Origin: a virus
Reading direction: 5' to 3' (one strand)
Length of the DNA stretch: 53,299 nucleotides
Virus record (IMG/VR): IMGVR_UViG_3300045988_183942
Below are positions 7,364 through 16,396 of the stretch, one piece after another (the first letter of the stretch is position 1; every line of letters begins with the position of its first letter). The notes beneath the pieces were generated by a model, which did no database searches, had not been told where the DNA came from, and saw nothing but the letters and a program-made list of their open reading frames with translations. The position numbers and the translations under genes were made by a program.

Positions 7364-10300
7364 ATGGCTACTGCTGAAGAAATAATGCTAACATTTTTCG
7401 GAAAAGATGAAGTAAGTAATGTTGCAAAAAACATAGATAAAAATGTTCAAAGCATGGGTAGTCGTGCTTTAACTGCCGGAAACGATATTAACTCTGGTTT
7501 ACTACAGGTAAGTTCTGGTTTAGACAGTATGGTGTCTAAAGTAAATGGTGGGAAAACCGCAATGGACAACATCTTCGGAACAAGTAGTAAAGCAGAAACA
7601 AATAGTGTACTATTGAAAATGATGAGTAGTACAAGTGAAGCTGCAAGTAAATTAAATCAGCATGTTGATGATGTTACTAACAGTAGTCTTGTTAGTATGC
7701 AAAGTTTAATTCCTGCAATGAATGCTTTCAAAACCGCGACAGGTGCAACAGACCAACAGATTTATGATGCTACAGAAGCAATGGCTGGTTTTGGTGCAAA
7801 AGTTTTAGCACAAACTGGAAGTACTGAGTTAGCAGAAACTGCAATGATGGATTTAAGTAAAGGTATTAAAGGAGCTTGTGCAAGTCTTGACCAATATGGA
7901 ATCACTGTTGATGCTTTAAAAAGTACTGGTTTATGGGATGGTGATGAAAATGATATTGAAGGTTATATGGCGGCAGTACAACAATTAACTGGTGATACTA
8001 AAGAGTTAATGGAAACTAATGAAGGTTTAGATAAGCAATTGGAGAAACAGTTCAGTAGTGCTGGTAAAAAATTAGGTAATGAATTCCTACCTGGAATTAA
8101 AGATGCTAAAAGAGCATTAATTGATTTGAACAAAGCAAGTGGAGGTACTCTATTCGCAGGAATACTCGGAATTACTGCTGTTGCGGATACGGCTAGTACA
8201 TGGGGTCAAACTATCACTAATGTAGCTAACGGTGTTAAAAATTTACAGGAAGGTGCGGGTAAATTAAAAGATATTTGGAATGGTGTGACATCTGCAGTTA
8301 AAGGTACTGCGGCTGCTGTTGAAGGTGTTGCTGATGCAACTAATACTGTTAGTAATGTGTCAGATATTGCTGCAGGAGGAGCACAAGTAGCTGGTGGAGT
8401 AACAGAAAGTAAAGCCAGTATTGGAGCCACAGGTGCGGAAGTAGGATTAAGTGCATTTGATGCATTGAAAAAGGATAATGATAAATATCGTAAAGAGGCA
8501 GGAACCTTATTAAAGGATTTGGAAAAAAATGGAGAATTAGGAAACAAAGTACAAAACACTTCCAACAAGGTATACTCAAAAGATTTGTTTAAAAGTCCTG
8601 AAGGGATAAAAGGTCAATTTAGTGATGGTTGGGATTCTAGCATTGTTAATAAGATAAAAAATTATTCTAAAAGTCAGGAAGAAATTTCAGATGCATTAGA
8701 TACTGCTATTGATGGTGTTGATATTGTAGCAGATAAAAGTAAAGATATGAAAAAATCTGGACAAGCAATGGAAGGTTTGGGTGAAGTTGCAGGTATGATA
8801 CCTGCAGGAGTTGGTGCAGAAGCTGCGGCAGGAGCAACTGAAGCAACAGCAGCAAGTGCAGGATTATCCGGATTGGGAGCAAGCATATCCTCGATGTTAG
8901 CACCATTATTAACTATTGCAGCAGTAGTGGCAATAATGATTCCTGTAGTTGTTGCATTAGCTGCAGAAGCATTAATCTTTATAAGAGCATTAGCAGAAGT
9001 ATTTAAAGCATTAAACTTCGATAAACTGGATTTAAGTGGAGATATTGATGGTTTGAAACAAATAGGTGCTGCAATATGGGAATTATGTAAAGCAATGGCG
9101 GCAGTAGTAGCAACTTCATGGTTAACAATGGTTTACCAAGGAATATCTGCAATAATGTTATTTAACGATCCAATTAAAGTTGCTGTTGATGAGTTGAAGA
9201 AAACTGCAACATTGGTTAAAGGATTCGCAGACATAACTATTCCTGAAAATGTTCCAAGTAATCTTCAAGCATTAAGCACAAGTCTTGGAGCAGTTGCTAA
9301 AGCAATGTGGAGTCTTGAAAGTGTTGGAGTATCAGTATTAGCAGGAAGTGTACTAACCTTAAATGGTTATTTAGGAACCTTATCACAGAACCTTGCAATA
9401 GCTAAAAAAGAATTAACAGAATCAGCTAAACAAATCAACAGTATGAGTGACTTGGACACTATTGATGATGGTGTAGCAAGCAAATTAGAAGCTGTAACAT
9501 CATCTTTAGCAAATGTAGGGAAAGCAATGGGAGCATTATCTGATGTTAATTGGGACATTAACATGGGAAACATTGTAAACCTTGGAGGAGCATTTGGAAC
9601 AATCACAAGCCACTTGGAAGATGCTAAAGATGAAATCATCAAAGCAGCACCTGTTATCAACCAATTCAGTAGCCTGCCGGATATTGATCAATCTGCAGGT
9701 GAGAAACTTAAAAAAGTTTCAGATGGAATTAAAAATGTTGCCGATTCATTGAAAAGTTTAAACAGTTTATCAAGCAGTATGGGTGGAGATAATGGTGCAT
9801 TAGGAACAATCCTTAAAAAATTACAACTTGGTGAAAGTATCCGTGCAGCTAAATCTGCTTTAACTGACGCTGCAAAACAATTACAAGGTTTAAATGATTT
9901 ACCTGACATTCCTGATGGTATTAAAACAAAATTGTCCAAAATAGGAAGTACAACTGCAACTGTAATCAATACATTAAAACCTTTAACAAATATTCAGAAT
10001 ATGAATGTGAATAGTGCAAGTATTGCAAGTAAAGTTGCACAAGCAAGATATGCGATAAGTAATAGTGCAATACATCTCGCAAGTTTATCTGGCATTAGCA
10101 CAATACCTGATGATATTCCTACAAAATTATCTAAAGTAGGCAGTACAGCCGCAACTTTGATTAACACTTTAAAACCATTAACAAGTATTGCAAATAGTGA
10201 AGTAAACGCAGGAGCAATTAATACTAAAGTTGCACAAGCAAGATATGCAATCAGTAATGCTGCAACACATATTGCAAGTTTATCAGGTATCAGTACAATA

Positions 10301-11269
10301 CCTGAAAATATTGGTGAAACCTTAAATCGTGTAAGTACAAGTGCAAGACAAGTAGCAACTGCAGCAACTAACCTAAATACCATACCAGTAGTAACTGCCA
10401 CTTCCGCGAATATCATGTTAGCCGTAACTGCGATTAAAACTGCGATAATGCAGTTAAACAGTCTTGCAGGAACAACATTAAATGGGGGTATTGGAGCATT
10501 GTTAACAAGTGTTACAAATGCTTTAAATCAATTAAAAACCACTTTATATGCAATGAGTGGAGGATTCTATAGTGCGGGAGCGAACATAGGATTATCAATT
10601 GTAAATGGCGTGAATACTGGATTAGCACCATTATCTAGCATCACTATCGCTCGTGTAGCCTCAGCAACAAACAGTGCCGTAGGAACTGGAAGAAGTGGAG
10701 GGGCAAAAGTAGGTCAAGCAGTAACACAAGGATTCAAACAAAACTTGAAAATGGCTCAAGCAATGAAACAAGAAATGAGTTATGTAACACAAGCAGTAAA
10801 CAATGGGATAAGTGCAGCTAAAACTGCAGCACGTAATGGGGCACAAGATGTTGTAGCTGAATTTAAAAGAGGTATTGAAACAGGTTCACCTGGGGCTATG
10901 GCATGGGCTACTTATGATGAAATGAATTATATTAATGATTTCATAGTATCAGAAGGTAAAAATGTTGTGGCAAGTGCTAAAAGATTAGGGCAAAATATTG
11001 TAACTGGTTTTGGCAATCCAAGTTTAAATGTTGGTTTAGGAAGTGTTCCTACTGATTATAATCTTGAACAATTACACGGAATGGGAACATTAACTTCAAC
11101 TGCACAATGGGGTAAAAGTACACAGAATGTTGAATTACATATTCATGAAGGTGCAGTACAATTAGATACAAGGAACTTAACTACACGTGAAAGTAAGCAA
11201 ATCATGATTAATGCACTTGAAGGATTAGATGCTGTAACAAATATTAACATAAAAGGAATAGGGGCATAA
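7364..11269 (+). CDS. Tail tape measure protein
   Basis: 1301 aa, Ala/Gly/Ser-rich with central hydrophobic segments and internal tandem repeats. ATG at 7364 is 8 nt after AGGTGG. Confidence 0.85.
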   Translation: MATAEEIMLTFFGKDEVSNVAKNIDKNVQSMGSRALTAGNDINSGLLQVSSGLDSMVSKVNGGKTAMDNIFGTSSKAETNSVLLKMMSSTSEAASKLNQHVDDVTNSSLVSMQSLIPAMNAFKTATGATDQQIYDATEAMAGFGAKVLAQTGSTELAETAMMDLSKGIKGACASLDQYGITVDALKSTGLWDGDENDIEGYMAAVQQLTGDTKELMETNEGLDKQLEKQFSSAGKKLGNEFLPGIKDAKRALIDLNKASGGTLFAGILGITAVADTASTWGQTITNVANGVKNLQEGAGKLKDIWNGVTSAVKGTAAAVEGVADATNTVSNVSDIAAGGAQVAGGVTESKASIGATGAEVGLSAFDALKKDNDKYRKEAGTLLKDLEKNGELGNKVQNTSNKVYSKDLFKSPEGIKGQFSDGWDSSIVNKIKNYSKSQEEISDALDTAIDGVDIVADKSKDMKKSGQAMEGLGEVAGMIPAGVGAEAAAGATEATAASAGLSGLGASISSMLAPLLTIAAVVAIMIPVVVALAAEALIFIRALAEVFKALNFDKLDLSGDIDGLKQIGAAIWELCKAMAAVVATSWLTMVYQGISAIMLFNDPIKVAVDELKKTATLVKGFADITIPENVPSNLQALSTSLGAVAKAMWSLESVGVSVLAGSVLTLNGYLGTLSQNLAIAKKELTESAKQINSMSDLDTIDDGVASKLEAVTSSLANVGKAMGALSDVNWDINMGNIVNLGGAFGTITSHLEDAKDEIIKAAPVINQFSSLPDIDQSAGEKLKKVSDGIKNVADSLKSLNSLSSSMGGDNGALGTILKKLQLGESIRAAKSALTDAAKQLQGLNDLPDIPDGIKTKLSKIGSTTATVINTLKPLTNIQNMNVNSASIASKVAQARYAISNSAIHLASLSGISTIPDDIPTKLSKVGSTAATLINTLKPLTSIANSEVNAGAINTKVAQARYAISNAATHIASLSGISTIPENIGETLNRVSTSARQVATAATNLNTIPVVTATSANIMLAVTAIKTAIMQLNSLAGTTLNGGIGALLTSVTNALNQLKTTLYAMSGGFYSAGANIGLSIVNGVNTGLAPLSSITIARVASATNSAVGTGRSGGAKVGQAVTQGFKQNLKMAQAMKQEMSYVTQAVNNGISAAKTAARNGAQDVVAEFKRGIETGSPGAMAWATYDEMNYINDFIVSEGKNVVASAKRLGQNIVTGFGNPSLNVGLGSVPTDYNLEQLHGMGTLTSTAQWGKSTQNVELHIHEGAVQLDTRNLTTRESKQIMINALEGLDAVTNINIKGIGA
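9911..10390 (+). repeat. 195-nt (65-aa) tandem repeat inside the tape measure gene, about 2.5 copies
   Basis: Unit starts cctga... at 9911, 10106 and 10301. Peptide KLSK[IV]GST.AT.INTLKPLT...KVAQARYAISN recurs. Confidence 0.85.
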
Positions 11270-11274
11270 ATAGT

Positions 11275-11757
11275 ATGGGGATGTATAGTGACCTTCGTGA
11301 AGGGGCAGAAGCAAGTATTGAAATAGATGGATACCCATTCTACCCTGAAGAAATAACTCCCCAAGAATCATATAATCGTAGAGAATTAAACAGACAATCC
11401 ATTCTTGGAGGAACTGAAAAAGTAACAAGAGGAAAATATGTTGTAAGAGAATTTAGTTTCACCACCACAATTTATATTCCTGACGGACACCCTGAAACCT
11501 ACGACACAATCTTCCAAAATATGGTAAGCAAACCATGTGAGATAATAAGCCCTTATATGGGAGGTAAATTTGATGCTGAAGTACATATACAGAAAACTGC
11601 AAGTGAAGCATCACCTAACCATCTTGAATTAGAAATCACAGTTAAAGAAATACCAACTGGTGAAAGTATGATACCTAATGATATTTTCATAATACCTGAA
11701 GATAAGTTGGAATCTGAAGCGGATCGTATTGCTCGTGAAGCCAAAAACAAAAAATAA
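11275..11757 (+). CDS. Distal tail/baseplate-associated protein
   Basis: Synteny (first gene after the tape measure). Confidence 0.35.
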   Translation: MGMYSDLREGAEASIEIDGYPFYPEEITPQESYNRRELNRQSILGGTEKVTRGKYVVREFSFTTTIYIPDGHPETYDTIFQNMVSKPCEIISPYMGGKFDAEVHIQKTASEASPNHLELEITVKEIPTGESMIPNDIFIIPEDKLESEADRIAREAKNKK

Positions 11758-11772
11758 TGGAGTGTATTTTTC

Positions 11773-12840
11773 TTGGTAATTAATCATTTCACAGAAGTAG
11801 AACAATACAGAATATATCGTGTATTGTTAGAATTGTATAAGACGGATGAAGAAAACTGGGAACAGTACATTCCTTTAAATGGTTCTGATGAGAAAACAGA
11901 TAATGAAACAAAAGAAACATTAGAAAATACTGCTAACGATGATGAAGATGATAATTTCACGAAAGGATTCACATTACATCAAGGTAAAATCATAGAAACA
12001 TATTATTATGGTGAATTCACCCATGTGGAATGGGAGTTGGATTATGAAGATATTAATGCTTCAGCAAGTATTAACATACCTGAAATTAAAGATTTAAATC
12101 GTTTTTATAAAGGTGTAAGATTAAGTTTGTATTCAGGTGCTGAAAGTTTAGGCAAACATCGTACTTTTAATAAACCTATACGACCTAATTTAACTGGTTT
12201 TATTACTGATGAGTCTTTTAATGAAAATGGAATGAGTTTGAAGATTTCTGGAATGAGTAAATTATTAGAACAGAAGTATGAATTTAATTTTACTCAAATG
12301 AAAATATCTGAAATCTTAAAAGAAATGATTAAAACAGCAGGTTTAGAACCTGCAGTTGATGCCACAGGTTTAGATGATCAAGTTATTGATTATAGTAATG
12401 TCTCATCAGATGGAGAAAGTAGTGGTGTTGATAACAGTAATTTACCTGCAGATGCTTGTAAGTTTGCTAAACAATTAACAAAAGGTAAAAAAGGACAAAG
12501 AGCAAAAGCAGAATCAATTTACAATTGGATTAACAGTAATTTTCCTTATAAAGGATATGAAAACAGTCATTACAACGAACAAAATATTTACAGTACTGCT
12601 AAAGCAAATATGGGAACACGAATTTTTAATTGTTGCGACCATGCACATTTATCAGTTGTTCTTTTAAGATGTGCTGGTTTAAAAGCAAATTATATTCATG
12701 TAACAGGGCATGTTTATACAGTAGTATATATTGACGGACAAAGAGTAATGTTTGACCCTCTCGGATATGGTAGAGGTATGGGTACTGTTGCAAGTGGATT
12801 TGCAAAAGATGGGGCGGAATCAGAGAGTATTAACTTCTAA
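11773..12840 (+). CDS. Tail-associated protein with C-terminal transglutaminase-like cysteine peptidase core
   Basis: NCCDHAHLSVVLLRCAGLKANYIHVTGHVYTVVYIDGQRVMFDP fits the transglutaminase-like Cys-His-Asp core pattern. TTG start. Confidence 0.55.
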   Translation: MVINHFTEVEQYRIYRVLLELYKTDEENWEQYIPLNGSDEKTDNETKETLENTANDDEDDNFTKGFTLHQGKIIETYYYGEFTHVEWELDYEDINASASINIPEIKDLNRFYKGVRLSLYSGAESLGKHRTFNKPIRPNLTGFITDESFNENGMSLKISGMSKLLEQKYEFNFTQMKISEILKEMIKTAGLEPAVDATGLDDQVIDYSNVSSDGESSGVDNSNLPADACKFAKQLTKGKKGQRAKAESIYNWINSNFPYKGYENSHYNEQNIYSTAKANMGTRIFNCCDHAHLSVVLLRCAGLKANYIHVTGHVYTVVYIDGQRVMFDPLGYGRGMGTVASGFAKDGAESESINF

Positions 12841-12859
12841 AAGAAAGGTGTGTAAGAAT

Positions 12860-14167
12860 ATGACTTATTATGTTTGTAGTGATAAGATAGATAAAAAAGA
12901 ACAATCTTACATCAATGCAGTAATCTCTGCTCTTAAATCTAAAGGAAAAAATGCTGTAGATGGTGGAATAGGTCCTAACAAGGAAGCATTAAGAAACAGT
13001 AAAGGTAGTGGAGACACTATTGTTTTTATTGTAGGTGGTGGAGCTGCAGGTTGTACATTAGCATCATTTGTAAAAAGTGTTGAAGGAAAAACAGATTATG
13101 CACATGCCATATTTGGTTATGCTGGATGGACAAGTAATCCTCATGTGAAAGAACAAGCAGCTCGTACAGAAAAACTTGTTCGTGAACATGATTGCAATTT
13201 CTTCCGTAGTTGGATGCCATCATATTACGAGGGGCATACAATTTATACATTCTGTGAAAAATACTCACAATATGTGAGTGTTTGTTGTAGTGATAAGTCT
13301 GCAGAAGATTTAGGGCAAAAGATAGCTAATGGTACTTGTGGTAAAAGTGGAGATGACTCAAATGAGGGTGGTTCTGCTTCAACTATTAAAGATGCTATTA
13401 AAGAAGTGCTCGCTTATTGGGATGCTGAAGCAGAATGTTATATTAGAGATAACAAAATGTTTATTCATAAAATCAAACCTCCTGCAAAAGGAGCATTGCA
13501 AGGATTTACAGATACAGATGGAGTAACAACTTATTTTGAAGTTGCATTACGGTCTGGTGTGAATATACAACAAGATAGTGTTCAGATTAAGGATTATAAT
13601 CCTGACACGGTTAATATGTTAACTGTACATTCTACGGTTATGGAGGATATTGTTTATCGTAATGAAAAACTTATTGAGCGTTTTGGTGAAAAACCTCAAG
13701 AGTTAGATGCTGTTAAGAAAGTACAAGTTGTTGAAACAGTTGAAACTCCTGCAACAGACACAACAACTACTGATACTGGGAGTGTTGATGATGCAACAGT
13801 AACTGAACCTGAAACCACTACTACATCCACCACAAAAACGGAGGAAGTTCCTTGTGAAACTCCTGAAGAAGTAAGAAGTTTCGCAGACCGTGAATGGGCA
13901 AAAATAAAAAGAGAAAACGGACACAGTATAGAATTAACCACGGTAGGGTTAACTACATGGAGTGAAGGTTGGTGGGTTAAAGTATATATTCCAGAATTCG
14001 ATGTTGATGATTATATGTATATTACAAAGGTTTCACAATCTTATGATGGTGAATTAAAAACTAATATAACTCTTGTTGATTATCCTCCAGGTTTTGGTGA
14101 GTTGAAAGAACAAGAAACCTCCAATGATGAGGGAACAGTAGAAACAAGTACGGAGGCAACAACATGA
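12860..14167 (+). CDS. Baseplate hub protein, XkdQ/gpD-like C-terminus, unknown Cys-rich N-domain and Thr-rich linker
   Basis: ATG at 12860 after AAGGTG. C-terminal HSIELTTVGLTTWSEGWWVKVYIPEFDVDDYMYITKVSQSY resembles the XkdQ/late-control-D family. Confidence 0.4.
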   Translation: MTYYVCSDKIDKKEQSYINAVISALKSKGKNAVDGGIGPNKEALRNSKGSGDTIVFIVGGGAAGCTLASFVKSVEGKTDYAHAIFGYAGWTSNPHVKEQAARTEKLVREHDCNFFRSWMPSYYEGHTIYTFCEKYSQYVSVCCSDKSAEDLGQKIANGTCGKSGDDSNEGGSASTIKDAIKEVLAYWDAEAECYIRDNKMFIHKIKPPAKGALQGFTDTDGVTTYFEVALRSGVNIQQDSVQIKDYNPDTVNMLTVHSTVMEDIVYRNEKLIERFGEKPQELDAVKKVQVVETVETPATDTTTTDTGSVDDATVTEPETTTTSTTKTEEVPCETPEEVRSFADREWAKIKRENGHSIELTTVGLTTWSEGWWVKVYIPEFDVDDYMYITKVSQSYDGELKTNITLVDYPPGFGELKEQETSNDEGTVETSTEATT

Positions 14168-14826
14168 AGTCAAGCAACATAACCGTAACTGATGGTAGAT
14201 TAATGAGAGCATTAAACAATGCTACACAGGCAATAGCAAACAATACAAGTTTATCTGGAAATAACACTCAAAAAGATAATGAATTACATGTGGGGAAGTT
14301 AACAAGGTTTTTTTATGAAACACAAGAAGCAGAAGTTAAATTAACTGAAAAAACAGTTACTTGTAAGTTAACAAGACCTACTGAAGGTTCTGTTAATATT
14401 TTCTTCACTCCTTTCGCAGAGTTGGAATGGGATGAAACTTTAAGAAAAACTTATTTCAAACCTTATGAAGACATAAGGTGTGTTGTTGCAAAAATTAACA
14501 ACAAATATTATGTTATTAGTTATTTCCAAAATGATAAAATCACTCCGCCATCTATCGCTACAGGAGGTTCATTATACCTGCAAGGTTACACAACAAGTCT
14601 CCAAATAAATGGGGATAATGGAGGTATTTATTTTAACACTCCAAAAATTGTTTATAAAGATTGGATGACTCCTGAACAACGAAATACCGTGCAAACAAGT
14701 GATTTAACCGAAGAGAATTTAACAAACAAAGATTATTATACAAAGGATGAAATTTATACTAAATCTGAAGTAGATGAGTTAATAAAAGAGTTAAAAGAAG
14801 AATTAGGTTTAAAAGAGGGAGGATAA
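14164..14826 (+). CDS. Baseplate protein (possible central spike/gpV-like)
   Basis: Synteny only. ATGA overlap with the upstream gene. Confidence 0.3.
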   Translation: MKSSNITVTDGRLMRALNNATQAIANNTSLSGNNTQKDNELHVGKLTRFFYETQEAEVKLTEKTVTCKLTRPTEGSVNIFFTPFAELEWDETLRKTYFKPYEDIRCVVAKINNKYYVISYFQNDKITPPSIATGGSLYLQGYTTSLQINGDNGGIYFNTPKIVYKDWMTPEQRNTVQTSDLTEENLTNKDYYTKDEIYTKSEVDELIKELKEELGLKEGG

Positions 14827-14829
14827 TGT

Positions 14830-15267
14830 ATGTTGCCTTGCGATTTTGATGATGATGACCATCGTTTTTACCAAACATTAAATGAAGACATCCTATTAAA
14901 ACCTAATAAATGGAATGAATGGGACATGCAATTCCACGAGGGAGATGTTGTAAATGTTACGGGACATGATAGTCTACATAATGCTATTTGCATAGCAATA
15001 ATGACAAGATATCAAGAACTTAAACATAATCCATTATATTCGGATTTTGGTTGCCGTATACATGAATTAATCAAAGCTAACAAATCAGAAATGGTGAAAT
15101 ATAAAATAGAATTGTTTGTTCAAGATGTACTCAGGAATATGCGTCGTGTACGTAAAATTAATTGGATTGAAATAACTGAAAAATACTCCGAACCGTACAA
15201 TTATAAGGTAACTTGGAGTGTTAATAGTATTAGTGATGAAACTATTGAAGGAGAAGTAAGCATATGA
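14830..15267 (+). CDS. Baseplate wedge protein, gp25/GPW/XkdS-like
   Basis: GHDSLHNAICIAIMTRYQELKHNPLYSDFGCRIHELI fits the gp25/DUF2634 pattern. Precedes the J-like gene. Confidence 0.5.
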   Translation: MLPCDFDDDDHRFYQTLNEDILLKPNKWNEWDMQFHEGDVVNVTGHDSLHNAICIAIMTRYQELKHNPLYSDFGCRIHELIKANKSEMVKYKIELFVQDVLRNMRRVRKINWIEITEKYSEPYNYKVTWSVNSISDETIEGEVSI

Positions 15268-16382
15268 CATACCAACAAAGATATTACAAAGAAATATTCT
15301 TTGAAGCATTACAAAATGCATTAAATGAAGGTTTAATCAGCCATTCTGCCCAATTTATTAAATATATTGAAAATAAACAAGATATAAGTAATTTCTATGC
15401 AATGATATTGAGTATTCATTCAGAAGTTTTTGAAAAAGTATATTCTGACATGACTGAAGTATATAACTCTTTTAAAATCAATAGTGCAACAGGAATTGAT
15501 TTAGATGATATTGGGGACATATTAGGTTGTCCTAGACCACAAGCAACATATGCTGGTGCGGAAATAACATTTAAATTACCTAAAGTATATCCCAATCTTA
15601 CTATTGAAGGTGCAGGAATAGAAGTAACTAGCCCTAACGGAATTACATATAAGACTGTTGAAGATTTGAAGTTTCCAGCAGGTGAAACTGTTTGCACAGT
15701 CTTTGCATATGCAACAAAAGCAGGTCCTCAATATGGTGTTGATGAAAACCAATTAACAAAAATCATATCCAGTTTGAAAAATATTGACTCAATAAGTTGC
15801 ACTAACATTAACCCTAGTACTGGGGGCACAAATGTTTATAATGACAACCAATATCGTGAATTATTACAACATTGGTTTGAAATTAATCAAAAAGGGAATT
15901 ACTGGGCATATGTGAATTATTTCAGCCGTACTGATGCTGTGGAAGGATATAAATTAATCCCAAACTGGGACGGCACAGGAACTTTAAAAATTATAATTGA
16001 CCCTGGAGATAGTTTTTTATTAAATCAGATTTATGACGAGTTAACCAAAGAGATTACTCAAGTTACAGAAGATATTGTGTTGATGGGTCCTGTTTTAAAA
16101 CCTATTGATATTTATATTAATGCTAATGTTGATATAGACCGTGTTAACCCTTTTAGCCTTGATGAAAAAGCAGAAATACAAGGAAAAATCAAACAAGCGG
16201 TAATTGATTATATGGATCTATTAAAAATTGGTGAAGATTTCATACCTCATAAATGTAGTGTTTATATTGATAGGGATGTTCCAGAATTACAAGATATTAA
16301 TTTCCAATATCCTACAGGACCTGTTGTTATTTCTGATGAAGAACAATGCAGTCCTGGAGATATTCAAATAATAATGGAGTAA
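15264..16382 (+). CDS. Baseplate J-like protein (XkdT/gp47-like)
   Basis: 372 aa and positioned after the gp25-like gene. Confidence 0.5.
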   Translation: MTYQQRYYKEIFFEALQNALNEGLISHSAQFIKYIENKQDISNFYAMILSIHSEVFEKVYSDMTEVYNSFKINSATGIDLDDIGDILGCPRPQATYAGAEITFKLPKVYPNLTIEGAGIEVTSPNGITYKTVEDLKFPAGETVCTVFAYATKAGPQYGVDENQLTKIISSLKNIDSISCTNINPSTGGTNVYNDNQYRELLQHWFEINQKGNYWAYVNYFSRTDAVEGYKLIPNWDGTGTLKIIIDPGDSFLLNQIYDELTKEITQVTEDIVLMGPVLKPIDIYINANVDIDRVNPFSLDEKAEIQGKIKQAVIDYMDLLKIGEDFIPHKCSVYIDRDVPELQDINFQYPTGPVVISDEEQCSPGDIQIIME

Positions 16383-16396
16383 AAAAAGGGATATTT

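Noticed and set aside
8206-10416. Multiple antisense ORFs inside the tape measure gene, and similar antisense or off-frame ORFs inside other large genes (e.g. 464-832, 1476-1871, 13696-13941, 20533-20781)
   Set aside because: They are shadow ORFs within long, well-supported + strand genes. None has an independent start signal.
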